Shown here one piece after another: positions 37,049-46,189 of a DNA stretch of 64,000 nt. The position numbers were made by a program, and so were the translations under genes. Position 1 is the stretch's first letter. Every line of letters starts with the position of its first letter. Source of the stretch: Treponemataceae bacterium (GTDB lineage Bacteria; Spirochaetota; Spirochaetia; Treponematales; Rectinemataceae); assembly GCA_963678065.2 (NCBI GenBank), contig CAXXVZ010000005.1, positions 672,001 through 736,000 on the forward strand, read 5' to 3'. The notes beneath the pieces are model-generated. The model ran no database searches. It was not told the DNA's origin and saw only the letters and a program-made list of their open reading frames with translations.

Positions 37049-38412
37049 CGGTTTTCCTTTCCGGAGCGGAGGCCGGCATTCACGGGAAGGGAAGCCGAGA
37101 GCGCCGCCTCTCTGAGACGGAAACCCTTCGTGTTGCCGCAGAGGATCACTGCCGGGCGCCTCTCTTCCGGAAACGCGGCGAGGAACCCGGCCACGACGGC
37201 GCCGGCCTTCCTTCCAGGAACATAGAGAGGAAGCGACCCCTCTTTCCCCTTCGCGGCGAAGCGAGGCCTTTCGCCCGTCACGAGGAACCACAGGGTCCGT
37301 CCCTGAAGGAGGGGCGGCGACTTTCCAGCGCCGGTCAAGCCGACCTCGCCGGTCAAGCCGGCGCGGAAATCGGCCAGACGCCGGGCTCTGTCCGCCCGGT
37401 GATGGTAAACGAAGAGGAGGGCCTTGTCCGCGGGGACGCAGTCGGCGACAAGGTTGAAAAGGGATTCCGGGTCATTGGCGGCGGCGGCATCGAGGGCGAA
37501 GATCGCACCGGTGCCCGGAGAACACTCGGGGAAGGCCGAATCAGCCGACTCAGAGTCTTCGCCGCGCGGACCGGCGCTCCGGCCGGTCCCGCTGCGGGTC
37601 CCTTCCGGGAGGCGCAGCCAGGCGAGGGCGCCCGGGTCGGGCATCGCCGCCCGCATGCCGCCGAGAGCGACATCATCCGGAATACCGAACTCGCGCGTCA
37701 CCGCGAGGGCGATGCCGGCGTCCTCGAGCCACCAGGCGGGCTCGGCGTCCGGGGCAGATGGATCGGCGACCCCGGATGCGGCACCGGCGGCGACAGCCTC
37801 CGACGAGTGCCGTGCGACCGATTCCCCGCCTGCGGGCTTCCCCGCCACGACGAGCCTTGTCCCGAGCTTCGCGGCCTGCTCCCGGCAGAGGTCGCCGAAG
37901 CGTCCCTCTCCCGCGACGAGAACGCCACCGCGGGGAATGGTGTTGGCGAGGGTCCGCGCGATATCGTCGACGCTTTTCCCCATGATTTCGGTGTGGTCTG
38001 GTCTGGCATTCGTGATGACCCCGACGGTGGAGCGCAGCATCTCGTGCTCACAACTCCACTGCAGCTCTGGCTTGAGTGCCATGCATTCGAGGACAACGGC
38101 CCGCGCGCCGGAGCGACGGGCCCGGCTCAGGGCGCGCAGCTGTTCGCGGATGTTCGCAGTTGCGAGGCGACGTACGGGCTTTTCGCTTCCGTCGGGGAAT
38201 ATGAAACGCGCCTGTGTCCCGGTCGTCTTGGCGAAGGCCGGCGTGCCCGATGCGGCGATTCCGGCGCGGATGAGCCTCGTCACCGTCGACTTTCCCCTCG
38301 TCCCGTTCACGAGAACGCGGACGGGAATGGCGCGGAAACACCTGTCCCTCTCCAGCCTTTCGGCGAGTCCGAGGACGAGAATGAGTGCAAGCGCGAGTAT
38401 GAGTCCCGTCAC
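37045..38412 (-). CDS. pgsB: Poly-gamma-glutamate synthase PgsB/CapB
   Basis: VNGTRGKSTVTRLI, AKTTGT, NIREQ, LECMAL.PELQ, ITNARPDH...MG, ANDPES, R.DR..R. Confidence 0.93.
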   Translation of the reverse strand: MTGLILALALILVLGLAERLERDRCFRAIPVRVLVNGTRGKSTVTRLIRAGIAASGTPAFAKTTGTQARFIFPDGSEKPVRRLATANIREQLRALSRARRSGARAVVLECMALKPELQWSCEHEMLRSTVGVITNARPDHTEIMGKSVDDIARTLANTIPRGGVLVAGEGRFGDLCREQAAKLGTRLVVAGKPAGGESVARHSSEAVAAGAASGVADPSAPDAEPAWWLEDAGIALAVTREFGIPDDVALGGMRAAMPDPGALAWLRLPEGTRSGTGRSAGPRGEDSESADSAFPECSPGTGAIFALDAAAANDPESLFNLVADCVPADKALLFVYHHRADRARRLADFRAGLTGEVGLTGAGKSPPLLQGRTLWFLVTGERPRFAAKGKEGSLPLYVPGRKAGAVVAGFLAAFPEERRPAVILCGNTKGFRLREAALSASLPVNAGLRSGKENR

Positions 38413-38415
38413 GGC

Positions 38416-39582
38416 TCAATAATACACGCCAAGTCCGTTCTTTTCGATATCCGCGAGAGCCGGAAGTCCTTCCACGATCGTCCGCCTGCCCGTCTCCGAA
38501 AAATCGTTGCAGGTCGAGAGTATGCCGGAGAAGACTTCGAGCTGGACGCCGATCCGCTTCCACAGGGGATAGACCGGGTGGTCGAGCTGGGCCGTGCCCG
38601 GAGCGTCGGCGATCTGGCCCGGATTCGGCGTCTCGATGAGGAAGGCGAGCGCCGGCGTCAGGTTGCCCCACTCGTAGTGCGAGAGGCCGCGGAAGCCGGG
38701 CTCCGAGGCGTCGAGCTTCAGGCTGATTCCCCTCTCGTCGAGGTCGATGAGGGCGAGGGCAGCAATGTCGAGGTTTTTCGGATTCGCGACGACGGTCCAG
38801 ACGAGATTCGAGGCCGGACCAGCCTCATGGAGGTCGAAGGCGTAGTCGACCTTCTCCTGCACAAGGAGGGTCATGATGGCGCGGGCGAGGCGTCGGGTCA
38901 GGGTTCCGTCCGCGCTGCCGGGATAGGCCCGGTCCAGGTTGCGGGCCTCGGTGCCAGCCTGCTCCGTCTGCCCCGGCGAATGTATGTAGACCTTCGGATC
39001 GGGCTCGGTCTGGTGGACGGGGCTGACGAGCCGGGCGCCGTACTTGAAATACCTGGTTTCGCCCGACGCGGTCGCAAGGGCTATCCAGTCGGGCCCCGGC
39101 TTCACGGGGTCGGCGTAGGTCACACCCGAGTTGTTGGCGTGGGGCAGGACGATGAGGCGTCCCTCGGTGACGCGGGCCTTTTCGACCAGCATGACGGCCG
39201 TCATCATGCCGGCGATCTCGTTGGCGTGGGTGCCGGCCGCCACGAACGTCGTCGCCCCGGGCCTGCCCGAATCGAGAAAGTAGACGGGGCTGTCGGCCGG
39301 CGTGCCCGAGAGAGCGGGGAGATAGTTGCTCAAGAGCCCGATGGATGTGACGCCCACGCCTGGCCTGATGTCGTGAGTTATGGTACCGGGAAGTACAACC
39401 GTAGACTTTGTGGGGCATGTCGCAGGGAGGACCGTCGATCTGCCCGAAAATCCTCCCTGCCCCCCTCCACCCTGGGCGAAAAGACAGGAAGCGGACATCG
39501 CGACCATAAAGATGGGAATGAAGACGGCACGTCGCGGTGAAGCGTACAATCGCCCTGCGGGTCTGAGGGGGAAGGCTTTCAT
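38416..39582 (-). CDS. Secreted succinylglutamate desuccinylase/aspartoacylase (M14-like Zn peptidase), paralog 3
   Basis: Signal peptide; GTHANE, NLDRAYPG, DLHEA, GLSHYEWG, LIET. Confidence 0.85.
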   Translation of the reverse strand: MKAFPLRPAGRLYASPRRAVFIPIFMVAMSASCLFAQGGGGQGGFSGRSTVLPATCPTKSTVVLPGTITHDIRPGVGVTSIGLLSNYLPALSGTPADSPVYFLDSGRPGATTFVAAGTHANEIAGMMTAVMLVEKARVTEGRLIVLPHANNSGVTYADPVKPGPDWIALATASGETRYFKYGARLVSPVHQTEPDPKVYIHSPGQTEQAGTEARNLDRAYPGSADGTLTRRLARAIMTLLVQEKVDYAFDLHEAGPASNLVWTVVANPKNLDIAALALIDLDERGISLKLDASEPGFRGLSHYEWGNLTPALAFLIETPNPGQIADAPGTAQLDHPVYPLWKRIGVQLEVFSGILSTCNDFSETGRRTIVEGLPALADIEKNGLGVYY

Positions 39583-39585
39583 ATG

Positions 39586-40149
39586 TTACTGTTTGAACAG
39601 GGTCTGGATCACGGTGCCGGCAGCCGCTATCGTCGGAGTCTGATAGAGCGGAATGCCCCGTTTAGCCGCAAGTTCCGTGAAAAAGCCATCCGTGTTGCCA
39701 TCGGCGAACACAACGGCCGCGCTCGCATCCGCCATTACAAGCTCGATCAACTGATTCGAGGACTCACCCCGCCTGCTCGATCCGCCCGTGTGCACCGCGA
39801 TGATCGCGATGCCTTTTGCCTTCGCGGCCCCGATGAGGGCTTTGGTGCGGGCCATTTCCTGCTCCATCGAGATGCCCGCCGCGCCGAGACCTTTTGCACT
39901 CGCGCCTACGACCATGAGTATGGACGCGTTGTCCGCCAAGTCCTTGGCTTCAGCCAGGATATTGTAGCCAAACCCCAGCTTGAGCTTGGTGTTGCAGAGC
40001 ACCTTGACGATCGCGGCATCCGAGTTCTGGCCGATTGCAGTGATGATGGCAGGTTTCCGGAAAGCGCCTTCGGGCACTGCGGTCGGAGTCTGAGCGAAAA
40101 GAGGTATCGCCGTCATGAGAATCAACAATACAGGAATCAGACGCTTCAT
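39586..40149 (-). CDS. Secreted DUF6305-like protein
   Basis: Signal peptide; IITAIGQNSD, VVGASAKGLGAAGI...E..R, HTGG..RRG, DGN.DG.F. Confidence 0.7.
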   Translation of the reverse strand: MKRLIPVLLILMTAIPLFAQTPTAVPEGAFRKPAIITAIGQNSDAAIVKVLCNTKLKLGFGYNILAEAKDLADNASILMVVGASAKGLGAAGISMEQEMARTKALIGAAKAKGIAIIAVHTGGSSRRGESSNQLIELVMADASAAVVFADGNTDGFFTELAAKRGIPLYQTPTIAAAGTVIQTLFKQ

Positions 40150-40183
40150 TTTCTTCCCCTCTGGATAAATATAGTGGAAAACA

Positions 40184-41896
40184 TCAGTAGCCTAAAACGG
40201 CACCGTCGCGGCGAGGATCGGCTCCACCGTTCATGAGTCCGGTCACGGGATCGATCACGATGGCCTGGGCGCCGCCAAAGAACAGATCGTAGTCCGTATA
40301 GGGTTTTAGAGTATACCCCATCGCTTTGAGCGCAGCCTGCGTCTCCGCGGGTATGCGCTTTTCAATCGAGAGGTCCTTCTCGTACGGCGAGGCATAATAG
40401 CGGGGAGCTTCGATTGCTTCCTGCACTCCCATTTTATAGTCGATGAGATTGGTGGTCAGAAGAACCATGGTTGTGATTATGCGTCCGGCGCCGGGGGTAC
40501 CCATCGAAGCGAATGTCGTGCCGTCTTTCGAAATGATGGTGGGAGAAATGGTTGTAAGCATGCGCTTCCCGGGGGCATACCCGTTGGCTCCCTTTGTGCC
40601 GACCCAATTCTGCATCTCATTGTTGAGGATAATGCCCGTTCCGGGCGTAGCGACCTTGGCGCCCCAGAATCCGGAGATGGTCTGCGTCAACGCGACCGTG
40701 TTCCCGCTCTTGTCAACCACGGAAAGGTGAGTCGTGCTGAAATGCTCGTTTGCTGGATCTCCGGCTGTAACCATGGTAGAAATTTTTGCAGGATCGATTT
40801 CCGCGGAGCGTTTCTTGGCATAACTTTTGGACGTAAGGCCGGCAACAGGGACATTGACAAAATCGGGATCACCTACGAATTCGTACACATCCGCAAAACC
40901 GCGCTTCATCGCCTCTGTCGTGAGATGGATAGTGACTGGATCGAGTGGTTTTCTGGAGGCAATGTCGAAATTTTCGAGAATCTGAAGAATTTCAATCACT
41001 CCGATTCCTCCGACGGGAGGAGGTGCGGAGATGATATCGTAGCCCCGATAGCTTCCGCGCACCGGGGCCCGTTCGATGGCCTTGTATGCGGCGAGATCCT
41101 CCTTGGTGATGTAGCCTCCATTTGCCTTCATGTCCGCTACGATCTTGTCCGCGATCTCTCCCTTGTAGAAAACATCGGGGCCGCCCTCGGCGATTTTGGC
41201 GAGGGATACCGCGAGGTCGTGATTTTTCAGGATATCTCCGGCTTCGAGAGGAAGACCGGCGGGAGCGACTATCGACAGGAGAGCCTCGTTTTTGCTGATG
41301 GGATCGAAGTTGTCCGAGATGACTTTCGCGAGCGTCGGGCTGATGGCAAAACCATCTTCCGCCAATTTGATTGCGGGAGCCGCAACCTGAGCGAGGCTCA
41401 TCGTCCCGTATTTCTGCAATGCCAGTGACAGCCCCGCGACTGTACCGGGAACGGCGACTGCCTTGTGCCCGAGTCCGCCGAAGGGATACTTGCCCGGGTT
41501 GAAAAACGGGGCCATCGATCGATAATCGATCGCCACTGTCGTCCTGGAATCGGCCAGGTATATGACCATCATGCCCTCGCCGCCAAGTCCGGTGGCGTTG
41601 CACTCCACGACGCCGATCGCCAGGGCAGAGGCCACCGCCGCGTCGACGGCATTTCCGCCCGCCTTCAGTATTTCAAGACCGGCTTGGGAAGCAAGCGGAT
41701 GAGCCGAGGCAACCATGCCATTCCTGGCCACGATTTGCGGAAGCTTTGTAGTGGCCGGAACAGTCGAAGTGGCGCCAGGTACTGTCTGAGCCGACAATCC
41801 CGTGAATCCTGCAACCAGAAATGCCATGCAGAATACGATTGCGCGGAGCGTGAATCGTGCGCTGCGCGATGGCTTTTTCTCTTTCCGATGCTCCAT
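40184..41896 (-). CDS. ggt: Gamma-glutamyltransferase, CapD-like, paralog 2
   Basis: GMVASAHPLAS, GGNAVDAAVA, VAVPG, TTHLS (Thr nucleophile), NNEMQN, PGKR, ADPRR. Confidence 0.92.
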   Translation of the reverse strand: MEHRKEKKPSRSARFTLRAIVFCMAFLVAGFTGLSAQTVPGATSTVPATTKLPQIVARNGMVASAHPLASQAGLEILKAGGNAVDAAVASALAIGVVECNATGLGGEGMMVIYLADSRTTVAIDYRSMAPFFNPGKYPFGGLGHKAVAVPGTVAGLSLALQKYGTMSLAQVAAPAIKLAEDGFAISPTLAKVISDNFDPISKNEALLSIVAPAGLPLEAGDILKNHDLAVSLAKIAEGGPDVFYKGEIADKIVADMKANGGYITKEDLAAYKAIERAPVRGSYRGYDIISAPPPVGGIGVIEILQILENFDIASRKPLDPVTIHLTTEAMKRGFADVYEFVGDPDFVNVPVAGLTSKSYAKKRSAEIDPAKISTMVTAGDPANEHFSTTHLSVVDKSGNTVALTQTISGFWGAKVATPGTGIILNNEMQNWVGTKGANGYAPGKRMLTTISPTIISKDGTTFASMGTPGAGRIITTMVLLTTNLIDYKMGVQEAIEAPRYYASPYEKDLSIEKRIPAETQAALKAMGYTLKPYTDYDLFFGGAQAIVIDPVTGLMNGGADPRRDGAVLGY

Positions 41897-41912
41897 CCTG
41901 ATTCTCCTTGTC

Positions 41913-42986
41913 TCAATTCAGCCAGGATCCAAGTCCCGGGCTTTCAAGCTGTCTCTGGTCGGGCATACTGCCGATGGAAATGGCGGATTCCCCGCTGACA
42001 GCATCGTTGTAGGACTCGATTATGCTCATTATGGATTCGACATGGGTGGCAACGCGCAGCCAGAGAGGGCTTACCGGATCATTCACGACATCATACGGCT
42101 TCTTCATGTCAGGCATCATGCCTGGATGAGGCGTCTCGATGAGAAAGGCCATCGCCTTGGTCGAATCGCCCCACTCGCGATGCGAAAGCCCCCGGAAATT
42201 CTCCGAAGAAGGTTCGAGTTTCATCGGTAAACCCTTTTCTTCCATTCCGAGCAATGCCAGGGCCGCGACATCGAGATTCTTCGGATTCGCGACAATCATG
42301 TTTGCAAGACGCGTTCCGACAGGCGCCTCGTGCAGATCGAACGCGATATCGACATTTTCCGATTTAAGGAGAGTCGTAACGGCAAAGGCGAGTCTCTGGG
42401 TAAGCCCGCCATCCGCCAGCCCCGGATATGCGCGATCGAGGTTCCGTATTTCCATTCCGTCGAGCTTTTCGGTGGATGCGGGATGGAGATAGACCTGTGG
42501 ATCAGGTCCACCCTGATGGGCGGGATTGGTCAATCTAGTGCCGTATTTGAAGAATCTCGTGCCGCTCCGGGTAACAAGCGAAATCCAGGATGGATCGGCG
42601 AGAGTATCATTCCATGTCGACGCAGAATTGTTGGCATGGGGAATGACGATGAGTCTGCCCTTGACGACCTGTGCCCGCTCGACGAAAAGAATGGCTGTCA
42701 TGATGCCGGCTATTTCATTCGAGTGCGTTCCGCCCGCGAGGAACATCGTGCCCCCGGCCTGCTTTCCCTCCATTATATAGACAGGAGTATCGGCGGGCGT
42801 GCCCGCAAGCGAGGGGAGCCATTCAGAGAGCCACCTGACCGAGCTGACCCCCGGCCCGGGCCGTATATCGTGATTGAGCGTCGAGACTCCCTGCGATTGT
42901 GCTCCCATGACAAAAACAAGACCTGCGAGCAGAGCAAGCAAGCCGGTTTTCGATCCTGAAAAACTGCGGATCATCCATGACCTCAC
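41913..42986 (-). CDS. Secreted AstE/AspA (M14-like) Zn peptidase, paralog 2
   Basis: GTHSNE, NLDRAYPG, DLHEA, GLSHREWG; AGGAGG RBS. Confidence 0.85.
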   Translation of the reverse strand: MRSWMIRSFSGSKTGLLALLAGLVFVMGAQSQGVSTLNHDIRPGPGVSSVRWLSEWLPSLAGTPADTPVYIMEGKQAGGTMFLAGGTHSNEIAGIMTAILFVERAQVVKGRLIVIPHANNSASTWNDTLADPSWISLVTRSGTRFFKYGTRLTNPAHQGGPDPQVYLHPASTEKLDGMEIRNLDRAYPGLADGGLTQRLAFAVTTLLKSENVDIAFDLHEAPVGTRLANMIVANPKNLDVAALALLGMEEKGLPMKLEPSSENFRGLSHREWGDSTKAMAFLIETPHPGMMPDMKKPYDVVNDPVSPLWLRVATHVESIMSIIESYNDAVSGESAISIGSMPDQRQLESPGLGSWLN

Positions 42987-43047
42987 ACGATCCTCCTTAT
43001 AACGCTTTCACTTATTTCAATATTTACATCGACTATTTCATGCTATC

Positions 43048-43056
43048 ATTATAACA
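43048..43056 (-). promoter_or_regulatory. Extended -10 promoter (TGnTATAAT) upstream of the second peptidase-GGT unit
   Basis: The minus strand reads TGTTATAAT in an AT-rich intergenic region. Confidence 0.5.
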
Positions 43057-43138
43057 ATTACGAGGCAATGCAACTGAATACATTCAACAAGAATGTATTC
43101 AGTTGCTACTACAGATTCACAATTCCAGAACCAATCAA

Positions 43139-43165
43139 CATACCCCGCAGCATCTGCGGGGTATG
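43139..43165 (-). terminator. Perfect 12-bp inverted repeat after the first GGT
   Basis: cataccccgcag-cat-ctgcggggtatg. Confidence 0.65.
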
Positions 43166-43180
43166 AAACCCGCCTGCGAA

Positions 43181-44881
43181 TCAGTAGCCGAGCACGGCTC
43201 CGTCGCGCCGCGGGTCGGCACCACCATTCAGGAGTCCCGTCACGGGGTCGATCACGATGGCCTGCGCTCCGCCGAAGAAGAGGTCGTAGTCGGTGTAAGC
43301 CTTCAGCGAGTAGCCCATCGCCTTGAGTGCATTCTGAGTGGCCGCGGGCATGCGGGACTCGATCGAGAGATCTTTTTCGGAGTCGCGGGCGTAGAAGCGC
43401 GTCGCCTCGATGGCTTCCTGGACGCCCATCTTGTAGTCGATGAGATTCGACGCGAGGAGAACCATCGTCGAGATGATGCGCGCGGCTCCCGGCGTTCCCA
43501 TGGTGGCGAAAGTCTTTCCGTCCTTCGCGATGATGGTCGGGGATATCGTGGTGCGCATGCGCTTGCCGGGGGCGTAGGCGTTGACGCCCTTGGCGGACCA
43601 GTTCTGCATCTCGTTGTTGAGGATGATGCCGGTTCCCGGCGTGACAACCTTGGCTCCCCAGAAACCGGAGATGGTCTGTGTCAGGGCGACCATGTTGCCG
43701 TCCTTGTCCACGGTGGAGAGGTGGGTCGTGCTGAAGTGCTCCTTGTCGGGCTCTCCGGCCTTCACCGCGGGGGTGAGCTTCGCGGGATTGATTTCGGCCG
43801 CGCGCTTCTTCGCGTAGTCCTTGGAAAGAAGGCCGGCGACGGGAAGCTTCGCGAAGGCGGGGTCGCCGACGAAGGCCGAATTGTCCGCGAAACCGCGCTT
43901 CATGGCCTCGGCCATGATGTGGACGGTGACGGGGTCCATCGGGTCGCGCGAGGCGATGTCGAAATTCTCGAGCATCTGGAGGATCTCGATGACGGAGATG
44001 CCGCCGACTGGGGGCGGCGCGGAGATGATGTCGTAGCCGCGGTAGCTGCCGCGGACGGGCTCGCGCTCGATGGCCCTGTACGCCGCGAGGTCGGCCTTGG
44101 TTATGTAACCGCCATTCGCGGCCATGTCGGCGGCGATCTTGTCGGCGATTTCGCCCTTGTAGAAGACATCGGGGCCGCCTGAGGCGATCTTGGCGAGGGA
44201 GACGGCGAGGTCGTGATTCTTCAGGATCTGGCCGGCCGTGAGGGGAAGACCGTCCGGAGCCACGATGGCGAGGAGGGCGTCGTTCTTGCTGATCGGGTCG
44301 AAGCTGTCGGAGATGATCTGCTCGAGAGTGGGGCCTATCGCGAAGCCTTCTTCGGCGAGCTTGATGGCTGGCGCCATGACCTGGGCGAGGCTCATGGTGC
44401 CGTACTTCTGCAGCGCGAGGGAGAGCCCTGCCACGACGCCCGGAACGGCGACCGCCTTGTGGCCTTCGTTGCCGAACCTGACAGCAGAGAGGTCGGCGAG
44501 GGGGGCCATGGAGCGGTAGTCGATGGCGACCGTCGTCTTCTTGTCGGCGAGATAGATGACCATCATGCCCTCGCCCCCGAGTCCGGTGGCGTTGCACTCC
44601 GCGACGCCGATGGCGAAGGCAGAGGCCACCGCCGCGTCGACTGCGTTTCCGCCCGCTTTCAGTATTGCCAGGCCGGCCTGGGACGCAAGAGGATGCGCCG
44701 AAGCCACCATGCCGTTTTGAGCTACAACCTGGGGGATTTTCGTCGTAACGGCGGGCGCCGACTGGGCCCAGAGTCCCGTGAAGCTCGCGGCCAGGAAGGC
44801 CACGCAGAGCATGAATGCGGGAAGCGCGCGCAGACTGCGCCTCACGCTTGTGCCCGGATACATCCTTTTCCGATGGTCCAT
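43181..44881 (-). CDS. ggt: Gamma-glutamyltransferase, CapD-like, paralog 1
   Basis: Same motifs as 40184-41896; AGGAGG RBS precedes ATG 44881. Confidence 0.92.
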   Translation of the reverse strand: MDHRKRMYPGTSVRRSLRALPAFMLCVAFLAASFTGLWAQSAPAVTTKIPQVVAQNGMVASAHPLASQAGLAILKAGGNAVDAAVASAFAIGVAECNATGLGGEGMMVIYLADKKTTVAIDYRSMAPLADLSAVRFGNEGHKAVAVPGVVAGLSLALQKYGTMSLAQVMAPAIKLAEEGFAIGPTLEQIISDSFDPISKNDALLAIVAPDGLPLTAGQILKNHDLAVSLAKIASGGPDVFYKGEIADKIAADMAANGGYITKADLAAYRAIEREPVRGSYRGYDIISAPPPVGGISVIEILQMLENFDIASRDPMDPVTVHIMAEAMKRGFADNSAFVGDPAFAKLPVAGLLSKDYAKKRAAEINPAKLTPAVKAGEPDKEHFSTTHLSTVDKDGNMVALTQTISGFWGAKVVTPGTGIILNNEMQNWSAKGVNAYAPGKRMRTTISPTIIAKDGKTFATMGTPGAARIISTMVLLASNLIDYKMGVQEAIEATRFYARDSEKDLSIESRMPAATQNALKAMGYSLKAYTDYDLFFGGAQAIVIDPVTGLLNGGADPRRDGAVLGY

Positions 44882-44904
44882 GTTCTTTCCTCCTTGGATA
44901 TCAT

Positions 44905-45990
44905 TCAAAACCAGGAACCAAGTCCTGTGCTTTCGAGCTGTTTCAGGCCGGGGAGGCCGTCGAACGCGATCGCGCCCGCCTCATCGGACAGATCGTCGTA
45001 GGCCTCGACAATACTTTTCACCGATTCGACCTGAGTTGCGACGCGCAGCCACAGGGGGTTCTTCGCGTCGTTCACCGTGTCGTAGGGAAACTTCGATCCC
45101 GTCTGTCCCGGATTCGGCGTCTCGATGAGGAAGGCCATCGCTTTCGTGGAATCGCCCCATTCGCGGTGCGAAAGGCCCCGGAAGCTCTCCGATGAGGGTT
45201 CGAGTTTCATGGGCAGACCCTTTGCCTCCATGCCGAGAAGGGCGAGCGCAGCCGCGTCCAGGTTCTTGGGATTGGCGACGATCATGTTGGCGAGGCGGGA
45301 ATCGGGCCCGGCCTCGTGGAGGTCGAAGGCGATGTCGACGTTTTCTGTCTTGAGGAGAGTCGTGATCGCCCAGGCGAGACGCTGGGTCAGGCCGCCCTCC
45401 GGAAGCCCGGGATAGGCCCGGTCGAGATTGCGGATTTCCATCCCCCCGAGTTTTTCCGTGGACTCAGGATGGAGATAGACCTCGGGATCGGCCTCGCCCT
45501 GGTGGGCGGGGTATGTGAGCCTCGATCCGTATTTGAAAAACCGGGTTCCGCCCTGGGTGGGGATCGCTATCCACGCCGGGTCGACCGAAGGATTTTCGTT
45601 CCAGGTCGAGGCGGAGTTGTTGGCGTGGGGGATGACGATGAGCCTGCCGGCCTCCACCCTCGCCTTCTCGACGACCAGGATGGCGGTCATGATACCTGCT
45701 ATCTCGTTGGAGTGGGTGCCGCCGGCCAGGAACATTGTCCCGCCGGGCTTCGCGCCTTCGAGGATGTAGACGCGCGTATCGGCGGGAGTTCCCGCGAGGG
45801 AGGGCAGCCATTCCGAAAGCCAGCGGACCGAACTCACGCCCGGGCCCGGCCTGATATCGTGCTCGATCGTCGATGCTCCCCTCGTCCTTTCCTGGGCGCC
45901 CGCCCCCGCAACGAGGGCGAGACAGGCCATGACGACGAAAAGAGCAAAGCGGCGACTTCCCGAAAGGCTGTGGGATGCCCTGGATTTCAC
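44905..45990 (-). CDS. Secreted AstE/AspA (M14-like) Zn peptidase, paralog 1
   Basis: GTHSNE, NLDRAYPG, DLHEA; GTG start at 45990 after AGGAGG. Confidence 0.85.
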   Translation of the reverse strand: MKSRASHSLSGSRRFALFVVMACLALVAGAGAQERTRGASTIEHDIRPGPGVSSVRWLSEWLPSLAGTPADTRVYILEGAKPGGTMFLAGGTHSNEIAGIMTAILVVEKARVEAGRLIVIPHANNSASTWNENPSVDPAWIAIPTQGGTRFFKYGSRLTYPAHQGEADPEVYLHPESTEKLGGMEIRNLDRAYPGLPEGGLTQRLAWAITTLLKTENVDIAFDLHEAGPDSRLANMIVANPKNLDAAALALLGMEAKGLPMKLEPSSESFRGLSHREWGDSTKAMAFLIETPNPGQTGSKFPYDTVNDAKNPLWLRVATQVESVKSIVEAYDDLSDEAGAIAFDGLPGLKQLESTGLGSWF

Positions 45991-46040
45991 GCGAACCTCC
46001 TGAAACAAAGACCAGACAGGGTGGCAATGTGGATTTTTTA

Positions 46041-46094
46041 TGAAAATTTATTTCACGTACAGTGCATTATATGCCCGATGATGTTCCGGAACAA
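46041..46094 (-). promoter_or_regulatory. Putative promoter and palindrome upstream of the peptidase/GGT/pgs cluster
   Basis: TTGTTC, 17 bp, TATAAT (46094-46066); TGAAA-N5-TTTCA at 46041-46055. Confidence 0.45.
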
Positions 46095-46189
46095 GTCGAG
46101 ATCGAAAACAGGAGGGTGGAATTTCAGGTGGATCTTCGGAGGGGACAGAGCCGCGCAAGATCGTCGGGCTCAATCCGGCCGGCAGGTTT

